Origin: Adineta vaga
Taxonomy: Eukaryota > Animalia > Rotifera
Length of the DNA: 64,000 nt
Assembly: GCA_021613535.1 (NCBI GenBank)
Contig: CP075494.1
Location: forward strand, 15,872,001 to 15,936,000
Direction: 5' to 3'
Shown: positions 12,593 through 25,220 of the stretch, piece by piece
Position numbering within the stretch: the first letter of the stretch is position 1
Layout: each line of letters begins with the position of its first letter
Made by a program: the position numbers and the translations under genes
Notes under the pieces: model-generated
Told to the model about the DNA's origin: nothing
What the model saw: the letters and a program-made list of their open reading frames with translations, nothing else
Databases searched by the model: none

Positions 12593-13997
12593 TTATGGTT
12601 TAAATTGTTTCAACAGATGTTGAGAAAATGAACTGATACTTTGTGCACCTCGTACTTCATCATCAAGTAATGGTAATTTTATAACATTAAAATCTTCATA
12701 AAGATCATCAATCTAAATTGAAATATAAAGTTAAAGAAAAGATATAAAAATCAAAGAGAAAAATAAATTACTTGTTCAATATATTTCTGTTGAAGACGCA
12801 TTCTTGATCCACATCGACGACAAGCATTAACATTTTCACCAGGTGTTGGAAATAAAACTTGATTAACAATAATTGAATGTGTATCAATATGACATTTAGC
12901 TAGTTCTTGAACTAATCTTTCAGTTTCATACAAAGATAAGAATTCGGGAATACAAACACAAACAAATGTTGTTAAATTCTTTTGAAAAACGAAAAGAAGA
13001 GAAGAAATTTGATTTCTATGAAGAATAAAATATTCTTACAGCATCTTGAAATTGTTTCATAACTTCTCGAATAACTGCAAGAGTTTCTTCTAATTTACTT
13101 GACATTAATTCTGATATCATATTATCCATTCCAAACATTGACGAAATCTTTTTAAATAGAAAAACAAAAACGAAAATATGAAAGAATAAAATTTCTTTAT
13201 TTACTTGTGTCAACATTGGTCCAACTTGATTTTTAAGTCTAAGAATTTTATCAAGACCTTTTTCAATAGCTGCAGGAAATGAAAGTAAACGTAATGTATG
13301 ACCTGTTGGTGCTGTGTCAAAGACAACAACACTGAAGTTCATATTCTTAACTAATCTAAATAGAAATAACAATATTTCTCATGATTTTATTTTTTAAAAA
13401 AATGAATTTTTACTTCATCACTTCAGAAAAGCTAACAGCTTCATCAATACCAGGAAATGATGAAAGCATTTCTTGAAACATTGATCGACCAACAGTCCAT
13501 AATTCTAAATAAATCAAATATCTTTTTATATAAAATTCTCTTCTATTCGATGATGAAATCTTACCGCTTTCTTCATTATCATCAGGTAATTCACTAATTC
13601 CACCAGATGGATCAATTTCCTATGAAATAACAATAAGATAATGTTTATCAATCAAAGTCTTCTAACCATTGCAAAAAGATTATCATATCCATTGACTTTT
13701 GTTGGTTTCTTTGTAAATTTTTGATTAAATGCATCAGATATATTATGAGCTGGATCTGTACTTAAGATTAAAACTGTCTCTCTCACTTTTGATAAAAGTG
13801 AAGCTAAACTACAACTAAAAATATTTGAAGAACAAAATGAATTGAAATATAAATGAAAAAATGAAAACAAACCTGCATGTTGTTTTTCCAACTCCACCTT
13901 TTCCTCCAACAAATATCCATTTGAGACTTTTTTGTTCAACGATAGTTCGAAGACTAGCTTCAGCAATATTCGGTACTACAGCCATGGTCGACGACAT
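12593..13997 (-). CDS. asna1: ASNA1/GET3 (TRC40) ATPase; 8 exons: 13997-13873, 13814-13667, 13619-13565, 13504-13414, 13355-13205, 13147-13040, 12978-12772, 12712-12593
   Basis: [16 protein letters not shown]-loop, [12 protein letters not shown] switch [21 protein letters not shown] switch [16 protein letters not shown], Cxx[11 protein letters not shown]; all introns GT-AG and in phase. Confidence 0.96.
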
Positions 13998-14118
13998 TTT
14001 CTCTATTTTATCAATGATGAATATAAATTTGAATAAATAAAAATCGATAATATATGTTCATTTTCGATTCGTACTTGTTATCACCATATAAGCTTCGGTA
14101 ACAAAATGGAGATCGTCG

Positions 14119-14135
14119 TATACTGACCTCTGTAG
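14119..14135 (-). promoter_or_regulatory. CTCF-like motif (CTACAGAGGTCAGTATA) upstream of ASNA1
   Basis: Retained in the paralogous promoter (ccgatagaggccagtata, 22500-22517); resembles the CTCF core consensus. Confidence 0.3.
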
Positions 14136-14210
14136 ACAATTAAAAAACATCAACATTTTGTATATGATGAAATTATCTCTTGTGATTTTTCGTAAATCAT
14201 TAAGAACTTC

Positions 14211-14255
14211 AAACCATCTGATGAGAATCTTAGCCGATTCGAAAACGTTTATGAT
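14211..14255 (+). ncRNA. Minimal type I hammerhead-ribozyme-like motif
   Basis: CTGATGA (14218-24), stem II GAATC/GATTC with loop TTAGCC, GAAA (14241-44), palindromic stem III AACGTT, stem I ACCAT/ATGAT with one mismatch. Confidence 0.45.
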
Positions 14256-14335
14256 AACTGTACTCACCCTTCAAGATTTACATGTATCAAACATACTTGA
14301 TTCAGGTAGTCTTTTTGGATTAAGTCAATGCATTG

Positions 14336-14378
14336 AAGTCATCTGATGAGAACTTTTATAGGTTCAAAACCCGTAATA
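14336..14378 (+). ncRNA. Second, degenerate hammerhead-like motif
   Basis: CTGATGA (14343-49), stem II GAACT/GGTTC, then AAAA instead of GAAA; 125 bp after the first core. Confidence 0.25.
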
Positions 14379-14780
14379 GAAGCTTATAATCAAACATCCT
14401 TGCTCATGAATCCTGGATAAATTATAATCATTGTCATTTCTTTCAACTACAATACGAAAACATATATTCTTGAAAAAATAATAAAAACGATGAACAAAAA
14501 CTAACGAAGGCACATCCCCAGGTGCCCCGATTCGATTTCGTTCGTTCATATATCATTCGATAGAGGACCTCGAGTAGGTAAATATTGTAAAGGAATTTCG
14601 GCCGATAGCTTTTACTTCAGAAGTTATAGCCATTTTCCTGAAAATTTAGCTCATGACACGGTATATACCAGCAAAATGGACATCGGTATTTCGATCTGAT
14701 ATTTTGTCCACAGATATGTCTACGTATAAGTAGAATATCCTAAAACTTTTATTGCAAAATAATACTTCCTTCACGAGATA

Positions 14781-14860
14781 CAGTAAAACCTCTCATTCTG
14801 AACACCCCTCCGATATGAAAAACCTGGTCAATTGAACACTCTCCGGTTCGCCCCCGAGCG
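14781..14860. mobile_element. Solo pogo/Tc1-like terminal repeat fragment
   Basis: TA followed by CAGTAAAACCTC, resembling pogo/Tigger-type TIR starts; no partner end found. Confidence 0.3.
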
Positions 14861-14870
14861 ATTGTTACTG

Positions 14871-14924
14871 GTTGGGTGTGGGCGTAGGTTAAGAGTATAG
14901 CCTGATCCACACCCCCACCCTTCA
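14871..14924. repeat. TGTGGG-type hairpin element (copy B)
   Basis: gggtgtgggcgtagg...tccacacccccacccttca. Confidence 0.5.
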
Positions 14925-16280
14925 TACAAAAAAATGAAGCAAAACCATTCTCTATTTCTACTCTTCCAAACATTTCTTTCTCTTCGTTTCATCACGTAAT
15001 CATCCATTGAGAAGAATGTTCTGATGAGAGAAGAACAGAAACGAATAGTATGTGATGAGTGTGAAGATATAGCATGGCTATCGGTCATGACAACAAGAAC
15101 AGCTAGCATAGGCGAGATATGCAAGTTTTAAAAATGAAACACAAAAAACTTTAAAAGGAAACTTAAAAAATTTAAATTTTTCCAAGTGATCACGAACTTT
15201 TTGCTCAACATAGTAGATATAAATTAATTTGTTTTCAATTGGATTTACCCTCAGCCACCCTTCTCCACCACGGTTCTTCACATACCCCACTCGCACGTTC
15301 AAGGAGATTCACCAATGACGCCCCCACGAAAAGAAGAAACCCACCCAAAAACAAGACTAACGCCAACACCCAATAGTCGAACCAACTAAACACCGGTCTC
15401 GTATTCTCACCCTCATGTGGAGTAAAATATAGAACTACATTCCACCCCTGCAGGAAAATATACATATAGAACAAAACAAAGTAAAGAAACGCAGTCGCAC
15501 GGACAACCCATGAATGGCAAATAATTGGTGTAAATATATTTGTGTAGAAGACATCGGCATTTGTTGCTAGAAATAACCAAGTCACAAACAAGAAGTATAC
15601 AAAGCATGAAACCTAAAAATAAAAGATGACGTAAGAAATAGATGTACAGTAATGGCATAGTAATGTTACAGTCAATAGAACCTATATTCTAAATCTTTAA
15701 CATATTCCTAGTTTCTCAAATCTTTTACGTTTCTAACTTATTAATAAGACACTGCACTACAGGTGGCATCCATTATGGCTGACTGATCTACTTTTTTGCT
15801 CTATATTTCTCCATCAGTATAGAATGGATGGGTAGGGGAGAGTTCCTGAGATGAATACAACACACACTCTCACTCGCACATTCATTTACAGAACATTGTT
15901 TGCAAAAATCTCAGGAGCCACGCCACACATTTCTTAATTAACATGTTTACAAAAATAAAGATACAATCACAACTCTTATCCCTATTCTGTATTTCTCCTT
16001 TCATTGTTTCGCCACACGAACAAGTTACCATATTCTTCTTTTCGTTATTTTCTATAGTCGAAATTTTCTACTATCTTGAAGTGTATACTGTGTCAAAAGA
16101 TACTCGTACATTATTACAAAAAATAGAAGAAGACCAGCATGCGAATAAGCTGTAGTGGTCGGTTTTCATTCGAAAGCCTCCTAACTCAGAAAAAGTTGCA
16201 CAGTAATTGCCTTCTTTTTACAGGCATCCTAGATCGAACTATGACATATAAAATCTACTTTTAAGTGCGAAACAGATGTA

Positions 16281-17423
16281 CCCAGGTCAACCAATCCGAT
16301 GTTGGATCCGATGATCCAGCAGAATCCGATAGGATTCCTGGCGACGGAATCGAATGGGAATCCACTGCACTTCCGATAATATCCGATGAATTAAAAAAAT
16401 CTACGAATAACTAATTTCTTTGTATTTTCTCGGTTTAAAAATCCTTTAATTATTCACTGAATATCTATCACGTAGGATTTCTTTGGATGTTTTTGCGATT
16501 TAAAATCCTTTACGTATATTTTTTATATGCTCGATGAGAGTTTGATTCGTTTGGATTGGTTTAGGACGGCATGCTAATTATGTAGATTGTATAGTGGCTT
16601 AAGGAAGGGATGGATTAAATGGATCAGTGAAGGAATGTGATTTATTTTTGTGGTTGTCAGAGTCGGATGCGATGAAATATACGAAAGAATGCCAATGTCA
16701 GAGTTGTTTTCTGAAGAATTAAACGAGTGCTGCGATGAAAACTAAACATTTTTCGGGGGATATAGGTGAAGTTGCGAGTTGATGTTTGAGTTTCTTTTAG
16801 GTATGTCCTTCTGGATTGTTGGGGATGCCTTGCGGCATTAGTTATTTTCATAAGCATTGTTTTTACATCAGTAGGTTGTGTTCGTTTGGGGAAAGCACGA
16901 ACCTGGCAGTTATATTGGCTATAAGTAGATGTTTTTAGTATCAATTTGTGGTTTTAGAATTCCACAAAGGGGGATATCTGCTATTGTGCTATGCGTAGGT
17001 TTTTGAAAAACGCCGGCGGTCGCCTTTGCTATGTTTGTCAAGGTTGTGGATGCGGTAGATTTTTGCTTATGATACTCTCTGATTGATTGATGAAGTATGA
17101 AATAAGAAAAATACAGTCTTGTTAAAATGTGAACAGTTTAAAAATATGAATTTTACTGAGAGTTAGGTAATATATATTCATAAATAGCGTGAAATAGTTT
17201 GAATATCGTGTTCCAGGTTGATCTAATACGTCTTTTTGGTTGTTTATAATATTCATTTTAAGATTTATGTCGGAATTTGTTGGATTTTGTCGGACTATGG
17301 TGGAAATCGTTGGAAATCATGGGTTCACGCTAGTACGATCCGATCGGTTCCTTGATACTGGATACCATCGGACATAGTTAATTGGATCCGATGGGATCCG
17401 AGTCCGGGATTGGTCGACCTTGG
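16281..17423. mobile_element. Non-autonomous TIR element with CCCAGGTC ends and subterminal ATCCGA/TCGGAT repeats
   Basis: Left end CCCAGGTCAACCAATCC vs reverse complement of right end CCAAGGTCGACCAATCC; many atccga motifs on the left and tcggat/ggatcc motifs on the right; no clear TSD. Confidence 0.7.
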
Positions 17424-17820
17424 CAGCCGTCTTGAAAGATTACATTCATGTCTGAACAAAGAATAATTGTTAGGGAAAATATTCGTCTAAGTTAAATATA
17501 TCCATGGCGACGGTCAAAAGAAGGAAAGCAACTTCATACGGTTATCATTTCTGTACATATATATGATCATATTTGTGTATACAAGACGGACAAAAGCATT
17601 TATCTCTTTATACAGTGATTTGTGTGGCTCCTTCTCACGATCATACAACCTATCGTAAGAAAAATTCACTTTGTTCTAATAAATTCAGATAGGAATTGTC
17701 TTTCATTATTGTTAAAATATCGAATACTTATGTTCTATGCGCTTCAGATCCACAAATATTCAGATATTTCTATATATCATAAGATGTTATCGCTAGAAAT
17801 TTAATTAGTTTTGTATGACT

Positions 17821-20800
17821 GAGAAGAAAATGTTCAGTCTCACTTTTTATTATCATTCAAAAACAGTTTAATTATACATGCAAAACGCAGGTAACGCACA
17901 GACGTTTTTTCAACTTTGAACGATTGTATCTGGAGAACGGTAAGAGAGAGAGATCTGAAATTTTCAACAAATATGTAACTAAACAAGTTCTATAATAGTT
18001 CAAAGTTTGAGCCTTAACGGTTTAGCCATTCAGATTTTATTAATGAAATACTAGTCGGTAACACACAGACAAAAAAGGCCCTCGGTTTTCAGTGAATACG
18101 AAAGACGCGATAGATGCTGCGAACTACTCCATATTAATAAATTTTCGTAAGAGAAGATTTTGTAGCTGAACATCAGGGCTATCTATTGCTGAAAAGAAAA
18201 TTTGAATTACTTGAAAAATGAGTGAGTTATTGGCAAAACTTGAAGTAACGCACAGACATTTTGGTAACGCACCGACATGTATTTGCATAAAAGTTTGCCA
18301 ATTTGAAAATATTATTTCTAATCTGAAAATATCACTTTAAAACATCGAAATGATAATGTTTATTTATATTTCAAGCGTTTAGCACTGATTTTTTATTTTT
18401 TTACTAACGCTTATACATGTTCTTATCAATACAAAATGATAGATATTTTTCACTTAAAAACGTTAAAAATTAGAAAAAAACGGTCCATTTTGATGTTGCA
18501 TCACTATACATTCGGCATTCAATGGCATCCGGACGAATAGCAATAACAGTATGTAATTTTTGAGTATCTTTTACAGACTTCGTCGTTGCGAATACCTGCT
18601 GAAGTTTCAATTTTGATGCATCTATATCAGCTTGATAGATTTCGTCGAGAATAATTGTGTTTGTTTTTGTTCTGGCGATGGAAACAAAATCAGTGGCTGA
18701 TCGACATTGTTTTTTTACCATTATCTCTTGCCACACCATTCGTTTGACCATACCTCCGATAGCGTCGACCACTCCCTTTCCGTGGGATGTAGCAAAGAAA
18801 TTCCATGATAATTTTAAGTTGTATTCAGCCGTTAATCTTGACATATTCTGAAACAAATATCGTTGTTTAAATTGAGACGCGGCTCCGTCGCTGAAAAACA
18901 CGATCTCCTCCAAATCCGGTAAATACTGATTGAGTTTACCAATGATGTTATTCAAGCATACGTCCACACAATACTTATCATGAGTTAGATTGTCGGATAC
19001 TAACGCAAATGAATAATTAACTGCACCACACCACGCGTGTGCAGTGAAAATTGACAACGTCTTTGTGTTCCAGTGTGCAGCCTGAATAGCGTCCTGTTGA
19101 TCCATAGCGAAATTCTCAGAATAATCGACTTGTAAAAGAACTTTCCGATCATCCGTATCTTCTTTGATTCGTTCAAAGAGGCTACTTTGAGCACGTTTAA
19201 TGAATACATGTAAGAGATATTGTTCAACAAGACCAGACAAATGTTGAACACAGTCTTTAACAGTTCCTTCCGATTCTTGTTTCTCGGCACGACCATTAAT
19301 GTTCTTCCATTGAAGCCATTTAATCTTTATTGTGAAGTCGACGATGTTTCCTTGAACTTTCGTCTCGAAGTATTTATTGCATGTCTTGCAGTTCGATGAC
19401 ATACATGCTTCGTTCGACTCATCACACACCAGAGCAGTTGTAAACGTTTGTAAATCCGAGCACATTCCACCTTTAACATGTTTCACTAAAGCTTCAAGTA
19501 ATAGGTTCACGTTCTCGTGATATGCACACACACATACACGATGGCTCATTAATGCTTTGATTAATACATATCCTGGACGTAATTCTGCGAAACTTGTTCG
19601 AGCAATAACTGGACCTGTAAAGAAATAACATATTACTACTAAATTATATGCTATCAGAATAACCTGAAGTAGAGACAGAATATTCAGACAGAAACAGCTG
19701 ATGCGCTTCGCGAATGTTGTATAATAAAATTCGCTTCTGATGAGTCGATTTTGTTCCATTCTCCCTGACAACGATTGTATCCCGCTTTCCCGGCATCTGA
19801 TACGATATGTCATCTCGACAATAAAATTTGATAATATCATCCTTCACTTTAAGTGATAATTGGCGAGTTGAACGCTTATGATGAGATTGACTTATTAACC
19901 CAAGAGATTGAGCAATTGTTTGTATGGCTATCCTTTTCTTTGGTAGATCTTGTGGAAGACATCTAGTCACTTTTTTAACCGCTTTAGCAAGAGTCTGCTT
20001 TGAGCTGAATGATGCACTAAATAAAATGAAATAAATTATATGCTTCATAGTGATGCGTATGAAAACAACATACTTCGAGCGCCGATCATTAGCAGCACGG
20101 GCAGCTTTACGAGCCGTCGCATCACATTTACGATACTGTTCTCTCTGGAAATCAGATAATTGACTACGCATATTCCTCTTCCTTTCACGATTTTTTGCTT
20201 TCATAGCATTATGACGACCTTTTCTCTTCAGATTTTCTCGATAACGCTTTTGTTTCTGAGCGGCAGTGAGCTTCATATTGAGTAAACGTTTTCCAAATCA
20301 ATGAGTACGATAATTTTTCTATATGGCGAAAAAATCTAGAATTATCAAAATTGTAAATAATAACGATATTTTCTAGAAATCTCATAAAAAAATTTTTTGT
20401 TTTTATGTTGTGTTTTATTCTCAGTAATGTAATCAGTCATGAAAACAATGCAGACGTATATCAAATTTAAAATTGTATCTGAAATAGATGATTTATAGCT
20501 GGTGTATGTATGAATTAATAAAAGTTTTTCCAAACCTCGTGTCTGTGCGTTACCAAATTGCTTCGCACTGAGGCACTTCAGCCAAAAACCAATGTGTTCA
20601 TTGGATAGCCCATCAAAAGTAGGCAGAGGATCAGTGTGAGTTTTAAAAGTAAATTGCTTTAGTAACACCCAAATATTTACTAAACTTGATTTTCGGTAAC
20701 GCACAGACATACATTTGTTGTTGTTTTTCAAAAACATCTTTCTCATAGCTGAAACAATCTGGAGAATTTTTTTATAAATCAGAAGAAAGCCTAGCTTCTG

Positions 20801-20847
20801 CGCTTCAAAATGATGTAAGATACTCCATGATTATCTCTTTTCTTCTC
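17821..20847 (-). mobile_element. Sola2-like DNA transposon (ends tentative)
   Basis: Contains the transposase; six copies of a GGTAACGCACAGAC-type motif (17890, 18057, 18244, 18263, 20541 inverted, 20695); candidate termini GAGAAGAAAA...TTTTCTTCTC but no matching TSD. Confidence 0.7.
18470..20276 (-). CDS. DDD-type transposase, Sola2-like; 3 exons (20276-20074, 20016-19664, 19614-18470), 566 aa
   Basis: Basic N-terminus, YCRDDISYQMPGKRD, CVCAYHEN, CMSSNCKTC, VDYSENF, FFSDGAASQFKQ, FFATSHGKGVVDAIGG..KR. GT-AG introns of 57 and 49 nt join the two overlapping ORFs without stops. Confidence 0.85.
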
Positions 20848-21289
20848 CCGCTGTATGCACTTCTCTTACAGCATGATGAATCATAAAATATTACTGATCT
20901 ATCCACCTGTTTGTTTCGTCCATATTTTTTCGTTAAATAAGCATTGACCAATAAAACAAATAACAATTTCTTGTTCAGAAAAGTGTGCTCTATCTTTTGG
21001 TAAGATTCAATCTTGCTGAATTTTAACTTCTACTTCAATCATATTGGTTGACCGTTAGCCGTTTTGGCTGTATAACGAAGAATAGTCGAACCCTCAACAA
21101 TAATACTTAAAGAATAATTCAATACGATAAATGTGCATTTCATCTACATGAGTGGAATAATAACATTTAACGAAAAGAAAAAGTTGTTTCATTTTTTAAA
21201 TTATTTTATAATAATTGTTAGAAACTGGATCATCATCCAATTATTGAGATTCTTTGAAATAAAAGATTTGTTTATTGAATTTTATTTTA

Positions 21290-21996
21290 GGCCATATGGA
21301 TTTCCTATATCGAAAGCAACGCATCGTCTTTATTCTTCAAATTTGCCTCTTCTTTATTCTTTCTGTTATTGGATGTGTGTATGAGCAATTTATACACTCG
21401 ATGATTGTGTTGATAAAGTTTGTTATTTTACTACACAAGCACGTTTAGCTAAACTTCAAACAAGTTCCATTGATAATTGTTCAGATCTTACAGATCCTGT
21501 TTGTTTTCGTCAAACACGTATTAATAATCATTTTTTCAAAGTTAGATTAGTAATTATTTTCCATTCGTCATTGATCATTGCTATGGTTTATGTATGGCAT
21601 CGTACTGTTCGTTTGTTATCTTGTTTTTTTGTTTTATTTCTTATTACTCTTATCCTTTTTGGTACTGATGTCATATTTTATGTTGATCAACCATTTGTTA
21701 TACGCACGGTGGTATGTTATTGCGTTATCCTCACTTTTCCATCTCTTATCATATATCTATCAATCGATAACGAAGATCCACTAAGTGTTCTGTGTGGATA
21801 CGACAGATTAGCTGATGGTCTTCATGAATTTCTTCAAAATGATAATTCAAAACGTGCATGTTTTTATCGATGGGCGAAAAAAATGATGAAAGTATGGAAT
21901 ATCGAAGAAGAAAAATTAATTATATCGGTTATTTTCGTTACAATCGTCAGCGTTGTTGCTACAATTATATTTATTATTTTTCCTATTGCTGCCTAA
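21290..21996 (+). pseudogene. Multi-pass membrane protein with one in-frame TGA (21382-84); 5' exons not resolved
   Basis: One frame reads ..YSFCYWMCV*AIYTLDDCVDKVCYF..FKVRLVIIFHSSLIIAMVYVW..IIFPIAA*, with several hydrophobic segments. Confidence 0.45.
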
Positions 21997-22619
21997 GAGC
22001 ATTGATAAAAGACATGTATAACGTTTAAAGCAAGAAAATAAAGATATAATAAATAGTTTATATGTAATACATATGAGTTATGCTCAAGTGTTTGGCGTAT
22101 AAGTCATATCGAAGCTGCATGTTTTGTCAGAGTTACAGCTTCGACGACCAGTGCAACTACAAAACAACTTTAAACAATTTCAATAAAGGAAAATATATAG
22201 ATTGATTATTATTCGAAGGATTTCTACATTGTTTTTTAAAGTATATTATCGATCATTTTACGATCTGTTCAGGAGTCAAAGGGAAAAGACTAATATGAAG
22301 AAAGGAAAAAGTTATTAAAATTTTTTCTATATGCGATACACTATAATAGCTTAGCTCTATGAGATAGTTCTATAGTCGTCATATAACTCAAGAAACTGCA
22401 TTGAAACGATACTCTATGCATCTTCCTAAATCTAAGAAATCTGTCCAATACTTCATCTGATGTTTTTCGATAAAATTTATTCAAAATATCAATATGTTGC
22501 CGATAGAGGCCAGTATACGATGATTTTAATTTCATTGTCGAGGTATATTTAATGACGATAAATACCAATCGAAATTGAAAATGAACAGATCTGGATTTGA
22601 TGTATTCATCATTGATCGA

Positions 22620-23588
22620 ATGTTATCATCGATTGACTGTAGTTCCAAGTATCACGAAACAAAACAGTTTTACTCTTGAGTACCGATCCGGCGCATAATA
22701 TATCTGATGCATGTAATTAACATTTTACAAAAAAAACAATAAAAGTTAATCGACTCATCAGTTGGAGTCAGTGAATTACCTGATGATAATGAAGAAAGTG
22801 GTAAGAAATGTGATCATTTAAGATGGAATTTAATATGATTGATTTAGAATTATAGACAGTTGGTCGTTCAATGGTTCAAGAAATGCTTTCATCATTTCCT
22901 GGTATTGATGAAGCTGTTAGTTTTTCTGAAGTGATGAAGTAAATATTGTCTTCAAAACAAAATTCATTAGAAATATTATTTTTATTTAGATTGATGAAAC
23001 AGATGGATTTTAATTTCCTTCAGCTATTGAAAAAAGGTTTTGATAAAAATTTTAAGACTTAAAAATTCAATTGGATCATGTCAGATAAATTGGAAGAAAC
23101 GATCGCAGTTATTCGAGAAGTTATGAAACAATTTCAAGATGCTGTAAGAATATTTTGTTCTTCATAGAAATCAAATTTCTTCTCTTCTTTTCGTTTTCAA
23201 AGAATTTAACAACATTTGTTTGTGTTTGTATTCCCGAATTCTTATCTTTGTATGAAACTGAAAGATTAGTTCAAGAACTAGCTAAATGTCATATTGATAC
23301 ACATTCAATTATTGTTAATCAAGTTTTATTTCCAACACCTGGTGAAAATGTTAATGCTTGTCGTCGATGTGGATCAAGAATGCGTCTTCAACAGAAATAT
23401 ATTGAACAAGTAATTTATTTTTCTCTTTGATTTTTATATCTTTTCTTTAACTTTATATTTCAATTTAGATTGATGATCTTTATGAAGATTTTAATGTTAT
23501 AAAATTACCATTACTTGATGATGAAGTACGAGGTGCACAAAGTATCAGTTCATTTTCTCAACATCTGTTGAAACAATTTAAACCATAA
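22620..23588 (+). pseudogene. asna1: Inverted, deleted paralog of ASNA1
   Basis: [19 protein letters not shown] at ~22660, [24 protein letters not shown]-loop and DTAPTGH segments are deleted and there are stops/frameshifts; 23104-23720 is nearly identical to the reverse complement of 12463-13077. Confidence 0.92.
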
Positions 23589-23982
23589 ACATTTCATTAT
23601 TAGATAAACAAGAAATATCATTCGTTGTCTTTTTTATTTTTATGTTCTTGGTTCAAAGTTGAAACTTTTATTTGAAAGACAAAGAATAAAATAAGCATTC
23701 GTTTTAAATAATTGATTCTAATGAAACCCAAGTCGCGAAAAGTCAGGTACAGCAGAGATCGACGATTAATTCGAATTCTTTATAGCTATTAAGAAACAGA
23801 ACGATGTGTTAAGAAAACTTTATATTCTGTTAGATTCGATTTAAATATAGAAAAGATAAAAAACCGATAGACATAAATACAAATAATCTTACTTTAAATT
23901 CATTTCTTATATCAATAAACGATAGTTTTTATTGAATAATTATATTCTGTGAATCATTAAACAAATAACAAAAGAAAACTTT

Positions 23983-24698
23983 TTACATCGATGATAAAAT
24001 AGTATAAATAGCACCCAATATTTGTTTATTATTTTTCAACCATTGATCTTGTCGTTCTTCCATATTTCCAATAAAAACTGTACATGATTCTGATAATTTC
24101 CACTTGTCACCATCGTATGTAGCTAATTGCCAATTGATTCCAGTTGTTACGAATCCATAAACTACTTTTTTTATCATTATTTATATCCCACATAGATTTT
24201 AATGCTAATAGCAGTTGAGTAAGTCCTTTTCCAAGTGCAATACGTTTCGCTTCGACGACAAGTACATAACGAGTGTTTCCAGCATTAATCATTTGAGTAA
24301 CGACAAATTCCATGTTTCCACCAAATTGTTCATCTTTTCTGATGATTTGTTTCTCTCGTGTTAATTCTAAATCATTACGATGCATCGTACGTCTATAATA
24401 AGAAACCATCGTTATCAAAATCATTCCGACGTTATCTGTCACGACAGATTCATTCATTGGAGCAATTGTTGCTTCTGGAAATCCTTCTGATTCAATACAA
24501 TCGATTAATCGATCAAATTTTTTTTTTCTTCAAATCATCTGGTGCTGTTTTTGCAATAAAACGTTCAATCGGTGTTTGACGACGATAAAAATTGTTGAAT
24601 TTGAATCCGAGTATTGATTCTGCTTTTTCTTGACAAGTATTTAAAAATGAAGTAGCGTATTTTTCTTTTCGATTTGAAGACGATTCTGTGTCAGTCAT
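23983..24698 (-). pseudogene. Intronless PD-(D/E)XK restriction-endonuclease-fold protein (Crinkler-REase/HsdR-N-like) with two +1 slips in A-runs
   Basis: Three consecutive ORFs join if one base is removed from each of the T10 (24518-27) and T7 (24166-72) runs: TREKQI..GNMEFVV..VLVVEAKR..GLTQLLLAL..VVYGFVTTGINWQL. Confidence 0.7.
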
Positions 24699-25220
24699 TT
24701 AATGTAAATAAAAGTAGAACAAAAGATTAGCCTATGATTTCGAAAATTGTCTTATAATTCACAATGATGATCAATACCGGTATTGTAAAAGAGATATCAG
24801 CTAAAACATAATTAATCCAGATCGAGAGAAGGAATAGCCCAACAATTCTTAGTAGTAATAGAGGTCGTCAATATCCTTTTTAATAGAATAAAGTTTTCTT
24901 GATCATTTTTTCTCATGTTACTATTAGTTTATTTTAAGATGAATCAATGTAATATATGATGCTATTTCCATTGTAGAGTTTGTATATGACTTAGGATTAT
25001 TAGTCGACGATCTTGTCTCTTTGATTGTTTCAACTATATAAAGGAAAACGATTTCTTACGAATCTGGCAAAATTCTTGGTCTATATTATCGTCATTAGAA
25101 TTTCAGATTTAGTTTTATTTATTTACTATTTTATTATGAAACTTTACTAGAGTTACAAATATCAGATAAAATCAAGTTGAATTGTATCTTAAAAAAGTGT
25201 CTTGTCACTCATCCCACATA

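Noticed and set aside
15021-15045. Third CTGATGA...GAAA hammerhead candidate
   Set aside because: The intervening GAGAAGAACA cannot form stem II.
14364-16155. Cluster of short ORFs between ASNA1 and the TIR element
   Set aside because: No domain motifs or consistent splice structure; the region looks like mixed repeat debris.
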